Assembly: GCF_000315625.1 (NCBI RefSeq)
Contig: NW_005434661.1
Span: 700,020-764,019, forward strand
Reading direction: 5' to 3'
Length of the DNA: 64,000 nt
Origin: Guillardia theta CCMP2712
Taxonomy: Eukaryota > Protista > Cryptophyta
Positions 52,889 through 64,000 of the stretch are shown here, piece by piece. Position 1 is the stretch's first letter, and each line of letters begins with the position of its first letter. The notes under the pieces were generated by a model, which was not told where the DNA came from, searched no databases, and saw only the letters and a program-made list of their open reading frames with translations. A program made the position numbers and the translations under genes.

Positions 52889-55800
52889 TCATGTTCCAAC
52901 GTGCGAAGGCTCACGAGATGAATCTAAGGAATCGTTTACCACTATCATGCATGAAGAGATCCAAGGCTTCGAATTAATAAACTTCACCACGCTTTGCTCC
53001 CTGCAGGTCGCATGAGTGTCCTTCTTCTCCTCCTTCACCACCACCACCATATCTTTCTCCTCCTCCTCCTCCTCCTCCTCCTCGATCAGGTTTGAGTTCA
53101 GTACCTTGAGCATGTTTTTGACGAAGTCGTTGAACTTGGAGTTGTCGATGAGGTCCTCCATCCTCTTGTGGCATCGCCAGATCCAGCAGCCGTCGGTGGA
53201 TCCGGGCCTGTTGATCATGTCGCTCTTGGGATTCTGCGACCTCATGTTCTCCCACATGTCAAGATAATCCTTGAGGGTGCAGCTCGTCAACAGCTCTGAC
53301 ACCACAGCAGATTCCTCACCTGGATGGGGTTGATGGTCCACATAGCTGAGCTCTCCGCGTGCATCTTGATGATCTTCTGGCTGATCCAGTCAGGAGGACC
53401 ACCCGGCATGTTTCCTTGCCCAATGAACTCATGGTAGAATCGCTCAGCCTCGCCCCAGTTCTCGTTCCACCAGAGCCTGCAAGGGCTGCAATCGTGGCAA
53501 GAGCTTGCTGCCACGGTCAAGTAGCCATAGTCCCACGTCTTTCCGTCGCACCACCTTTGAATCTTCAAACCTAAGATGCCCAGCTCAAGCAGGACAGGGC
53601 CAACCTGTGTGTCGTCAGAACATCCAGCGTTAAGACGAGTTTGCACGCTCACCTCTGGGGGAACATTACCCAGATCTTCACCACAGATCATCATGTTGGA
53701 GGCGGTCTGGATTGCTCGCAAGTTGCGGAGCCCGTTCTCACGAAGTCCACCGTTGGGTTCGTACCTTCCTCCACCACCACTCTTGGGGATTTCCCACATA
53801 CGGAAGAATCCAAGGACGTGGTCGATGCGGTACGCATGGAAATACTGCTCCATATGGGTGAGCCTGCGGCGCCACCAGCTGCAGCCATCACGATGCATCT
53901 GATCCCAGTTGTATGGAGGAAATCCCCAGTTCTGCTCCGGGTCACCGGGGGCTCCAGCGTTCCTGTCCAGCTTGAACAGGTTCGGCTCTGCCCACACATC
54001 CTGGCTGCAACGAGTAACGCCGATGGGCAAATCTCCTTTCAATGCGACACCCTGTCAGCGAAAGTGAGGAAGAACAAACGAATCCGGCAAGCATGAATAC
54101 CAGGCCCTCGGCATACTCTGAAGCTTCCTTCAACTGGCAGTGAAGATGGTACTGAGTGAAGTACACACGCACAACATGATCGTAATCTGGCCCGTTAGAG
54201 TTGACAATGTTCTCGGCCTCTGTGACCCTCTTCGACCATGTGGTGCAATCAAACCATTTGTTGTTGAAGCCCTTTTCCTTTTCCATTTGCACTTTGAATG
54301 CAGCATACACCTAACGAGTCGTTACATTCGGAAGAATCTTCGAGCTTTAGACCTTCAACCACTTGCTGTTCTTCTCAATCCAGTCTGTAAAATCTTTGTC
54401 GGAAAGGATCTGATTTCAAGCGAAAAAGTCAAAACAGCATGTTCCAAAGTCTTTCACATCAACCTTCTCTTTACCAACTGCGTCGAAGATTCCATCAAGA
54501 ATTTTCTTTTTCTCGTACAATATCTTGGGATAGTCTATCTTCCAGTTTCCATTCAGCTTGTCCACCAAACTCTGCAGTGACCCAATCAAACTGATTCACT
54601 TCGTTTGTTTCCACTTCACCTGAGCCCATCCAAGTGGCCCACTCATGTCCACACCAAATTTGGATGAATAATACGAGCAAACGCTCTTCGGCTGAACATA
54701 GATGGGGTGCAATGCAAATGCAGAGCAAGCGCTGTACGGGGATGGATCTTCGCCGGAATCATTGATGGGCAAAATCTGAACGAGCTGCAGGCCTGACGAC
54801 AAATCCATGTCAATTGTCAAAGAAACTTTTTGCGACTACAGATACCAGATCTGACGCACCAGTCTGCCATCTTCTTGATATCGAGGAATTCACCTGCATT
54901 GCACGTTAGAGGTCATGTGATAGAGTTTGGAAGTTGACGGGATTGGCTCACCAATTCCAGTAGAATCACGAGTCTTGATCCCAGAAACAGGAATAGCGAC
55001 ACCGGCTGCCTTGAAAACAGGATTGTAGTAATTGAATGCCTCATCCTGTTTGACCGAACCAATTAGAATGCTACCAGATTAGAGATTTGTCGGTTCGCTT
55101 GCCTTGAGGACGAATTTCGTGCCTGCATCTCCTCCATCAAGAGTCATTTTCCTGTTGCTCTTCTCGGAACAAACAGGCTTGCCATCGCTTAGATTTACAA
55201 AGTCACAAGGAAGGCAAACTGCAATTTGAAGTTTCACACCTATCCACGATGACATACTTGTACTCGAATGGAAATTCAGAGCGTGGGACCTCAACTTGAG
55301 CAATAAACACTTGACTTCCAATATTTGCCATCTTAATCTACGTATTTCGACGTTAAAACACCCACGGCAAACAAACATTAGCATTACTTTGCTTGAGTCG
55401 CTGAATGATCCCATGGCAGCGGGCTTTCCCTGAGGATGTAGAAGTAAGGGAAGACAACAACAGCATCTGAGCCGAGACTACCTGGACCCACACGCTGTGT
55501 CCAGCATCCATACGTGGAGCAAACAAGGCAAACCTCACGGTGACTCCATCAGAGTCAGACTTTCCGTTTGGACTCCAGGTGATCTTGGCATGCTCCACTT
55601 CTGGGTTCTGCGTTTCGAGAGTTTTGGAAGTCTTCCCCTTTCCAAACACTGCACGCGAGAAGCATGATGTGGCCAAAGTAGCAGGCTAAGAAGAGTAGGG
55701 TCACTGACGCGTGGAGGGAAATGAAGCAATTTCACCTTGGGTGAACGGAAAGAATCCTGTACGTAGACCTTAGCACCGTCAGGCAAGCCTTGGACGTTGA

Positions 55801-56608
55801 TGGATCTGTCCGCAATGCGAGCTTCGTATCGATGCGTCTTAGCGAGCACAACGTAGTGGTACTTCACAACTCCCTCAGTCAGCGGCACCTGTACTGTGCC
55901 TTCCCATTTCTCTCCCTCCTTCCTCTGCAGTCGCGGAGCTGGGAAGGATAATCAATGAAACCCGGGGGTTTGAAGAGATGGGATCTGCTACCTCTATTGA
56001 TATCATTGTTGCCAAAGCAGCTTGCAGGGCCAACAGCTACAATGCTTCCACCATCTACACCGTAGTTGATGGATAGCTTGAGGGTTACAGTTCCTGTAGA
56101 AGCTTCTCCCGGAGTCTTCGTGATTGGGAGTCCCTCCAAGGATTGCTCGCCGCCCCTCAAACTTTGCACTCGAAAACGTGAAGGAACGAGCCTCGCTTGA
56201 AAGGGAGCAGAGAATCCTCTCGGATTGTAATGTTGCAAAGAAACAGCCTGCCAAGAGGTTAGATTCAAAGCTGAGAGCTTGACTCGAGATTCGGACAAGC
56301 TGGGGGAAGAGATCTCACAAGTCGAGGTAAGTAGGATGAGTCACGATGTTCAACATGCGTGTACAGAGGGAACCAATCAAGTTGAGCAAGCCATTCAAGG
56401 GTAGGATACGAAGGTGTACGATGAAAAGTGCCAGGATGGTCAGGATCAGGGACAAGGGGCAACAAAGAGGACAAGAATGATCGTTTGAAACACGGGGTGC
56501 AGGTCATCGAAGCAGGAGGAGGAGATGTGCTGGGAGTACCTCAGCAGAGGCGACGAGGAGAAGAAGGGAGACTAAGACCGAGCATGCAAGCGACTCGCGC
56601 CGCGCCAT
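52889..56608 (-). CDS. DPE2: 4-alpha-glucanotransferase (GH77, DPE2-type) with CBM20-like domains and a bipartite presequence
   Basis: GH77 motifs LVQILPINDSG..SPYSACSAFALHPIY, KGDLPIGV, QNWGFPPYNWD, AYRIDHVLGFFRMWEIP, ICGEDLGNVP, SSCHDCS, INPIQDYL and INRPG. Exon 1 (56608-56540, MARRESLACSVLVSLLLLVASAE) splices in phase 0 to 56247 (AVSLQHY...QSLRGG). Confidence 0.92.
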
Positions 56609-56629
56609 GCCGAGAGTGTCCATCCGCAG

Positions 56630-57870
56630 GGGTGGGGTACTGCAGTTGAAGGGTGAGGATCGGGGAAAGGGGGTGTGCGACATATTCAGGGGGTACAAAG
56701 CACCTTTATTACTGCCATAACCCCTGAATTCATATTCAAAATTTCTTCAAAGTAGGGGGTATATTTGTAAACACACCGGTATATATCCAAACCTGGGGGT
56801 GAGGGTGAGATACATAACCCACCATTTGGATGAGGCGCACGTACGGGTGGGTTCAGTCGTAGGCAAGGGGTGCAAGGGGACGGTAGAATTTCACTTGGGT
56901 ACTATCTAGACCGCAGGGGTGGACTTGTGCTTGTGGCCTTACTTGACTCTATATGGTGGGTACTATGATGACAAAAAGGGGGTACAGCCTCATGTATACG
57001 AAAAAAATGGGGTACACTCACGAGACTAACGGACTCGGATGGGTGGGGTGATTACCCCTACCCCATGTTAAAAGGGGCATGCACGGGTTAGTCGATGGGA
57101 GGACGCAACTGTAGGGTGCTGGGCGACTGGGGTGAAATGAGGGAATGAAGGGGGTAGTGTAGCAAGGGGTAGAAAAGCGGGGTGTAGATCAACAAGTCCG
57201 AGGTCGAATCATTTGTGGGGTGGTATGAGGAAAGGTGGGGTGGATGGCTGAATAGATAGGGTGGGGTATATAGGTGGCTCTTTCAATCAGGTAGAAAGGT
57301 GGGGTATATGCTAGGAAAGTTTAGGGTACAGAATTCAACAAGTGGGGTACCTCGTCCAAAAGAGCACCTTGGCAAGGTGACTCATAATCAGCTCGATGCT
57401 GACATCAGGGGTACTTCAATCACCCCCGCTTTCCGTCGATATTTGGTGGTAGGGGTTAAAAAATTGTGTCCAATGGGGTAGGGTGATAAATGGGAGGGTA
57501 TTTCATAATGAAAACCAGGTTGATAAGGGGGTGGGTAGGGTGGAGGAGGCCGCTGCATAACAAAAAAAAATGAAGATGGGGCGGGCTTGCAAGCCACCAT
57601 ATGATGGGTCCGCCCCAGCATTCATCTTTTTTTCTTTTACAGATATAAAATCTTTTTTTTTGCATTATAAGCTGTACGGTTGGTGTACCATCCCAGCAGG
57701 TAGGGGTGCTTCAACCACCCTGTTCTTCATGGGGTACAACCCCATAGTGTTTCTAATTTCCTTTTATCACCGGTACTTTTTCGATCTTATTCGGGGGATA
57801 AGTGGGTACCTCTTTGCAGGTAGCAGGGTAGTGGTAGGTAGATGAAGGGTGGGATGGTTTGGGTAGGGTA
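56630..57870. repeat. Non-coding tract densely seeded with strand-biased GGGGTA/GGGGTG motifs
   Basis: More than a dozen GGGGTA(C/G/T) occurrences on the + strand within about 1.2 kb. No credible ORF. Confidence 0.7.
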
Positions 57871-58408
57871 CCTTGGTGGTATGTGTTTGATCGGGAGGAG
57901 TTGAGATTATGGCGACGGATGAAAGGAGGATGCGAACAAGGACCAGGGGAGGGAGGGAGGGGAAGGGGAGAGAGAAGGGGAGGAGTATACAGTGAGATAT
58001 ATAACCTTTCAGACAAGTCTGAGAGGCGAAGAGTGGGAAGTTGAAGGCGGCAGAGAAAGAAATTTCCAGCCGAAGTTATGCTGGTGAAACAATAGCTGAG
58101 GAGAGGTTTAGGAGGTTAGTATACAAATTCTCGATCTGGCAGATATTGAGAAGTGAGGTATCGATTGATAAAAGGACAAATGAGCATAGTCGAAGCATTT
58201 GACTGAATGATAAAAAGTTAGGCTATTCGAGGTCAGCCAAGGTCTGACCATTCCCGGCAGCATTTGAAGTGGGTGGGATGGGTTTTCTGTGTACAGTTTG
58301 CCATGCAATTGGCAATTTATTGCTAGCATCGTGTGAAAGATGCTGATATCCGCATACTCCAAGACACTCAACTTGAGGGACGGTTCCGTTGCTACCAACT
58401 AGCAAGCA

Positions 58409-64000
<5,592 letters not shown>

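Noticed and set aside
56630-57870. Telomeric or interstitial telomere repeat
   Set aside because: The G-rich motifs are dispersed with variable spacers rather than forming a tandem array.

Overview
Gene-dense eukaryotic nuclear DNA from a draft assembly, with three 100-N gaps at about 29486, 60295 and 62243. Short GT-AG introns, CCT/GGA microsatellite-filled introns, and two proteins with a signal peptide plus LRGG presequence (one a starch-metabolising DPE2) suggest a cryptophyte alga of the Guillardia type; this assignment is inferred. About 20 mostly spliced genes were reconstructed by eye: a glycosyltransferase + FkbM methyltransferase + fucosyltransferase fusion, a nucleostemin/Nug1-like GTPase, a kelch protein, TDP2-like, EF-hand/ankyrin, RhoGAP, dymeclin, an RNF25-like RWD-RING fused to DUF167, mitochondrial ATP synthase delta, INTS10-like, a SAXO-like ciliary protein, HIRIP3-like, Rid2/YoaB, DPE2 and OFCC1-like. 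The most unusual region is a microsatellite-free island of about 6.3 kb (42.8-49.15 kb). It is bounded by two direct-orientation copies of one gene fragment. It holds an intact, intronless Crinkler-type effector (NLS, higher-order repeat coiled-coil header, P-loop NTPase, PD-(D/E)xK nuclease) followed by a decayed P-element-like DDE transposase. Exon boundaries and family calls come from motif recognition only; no database searches were run.
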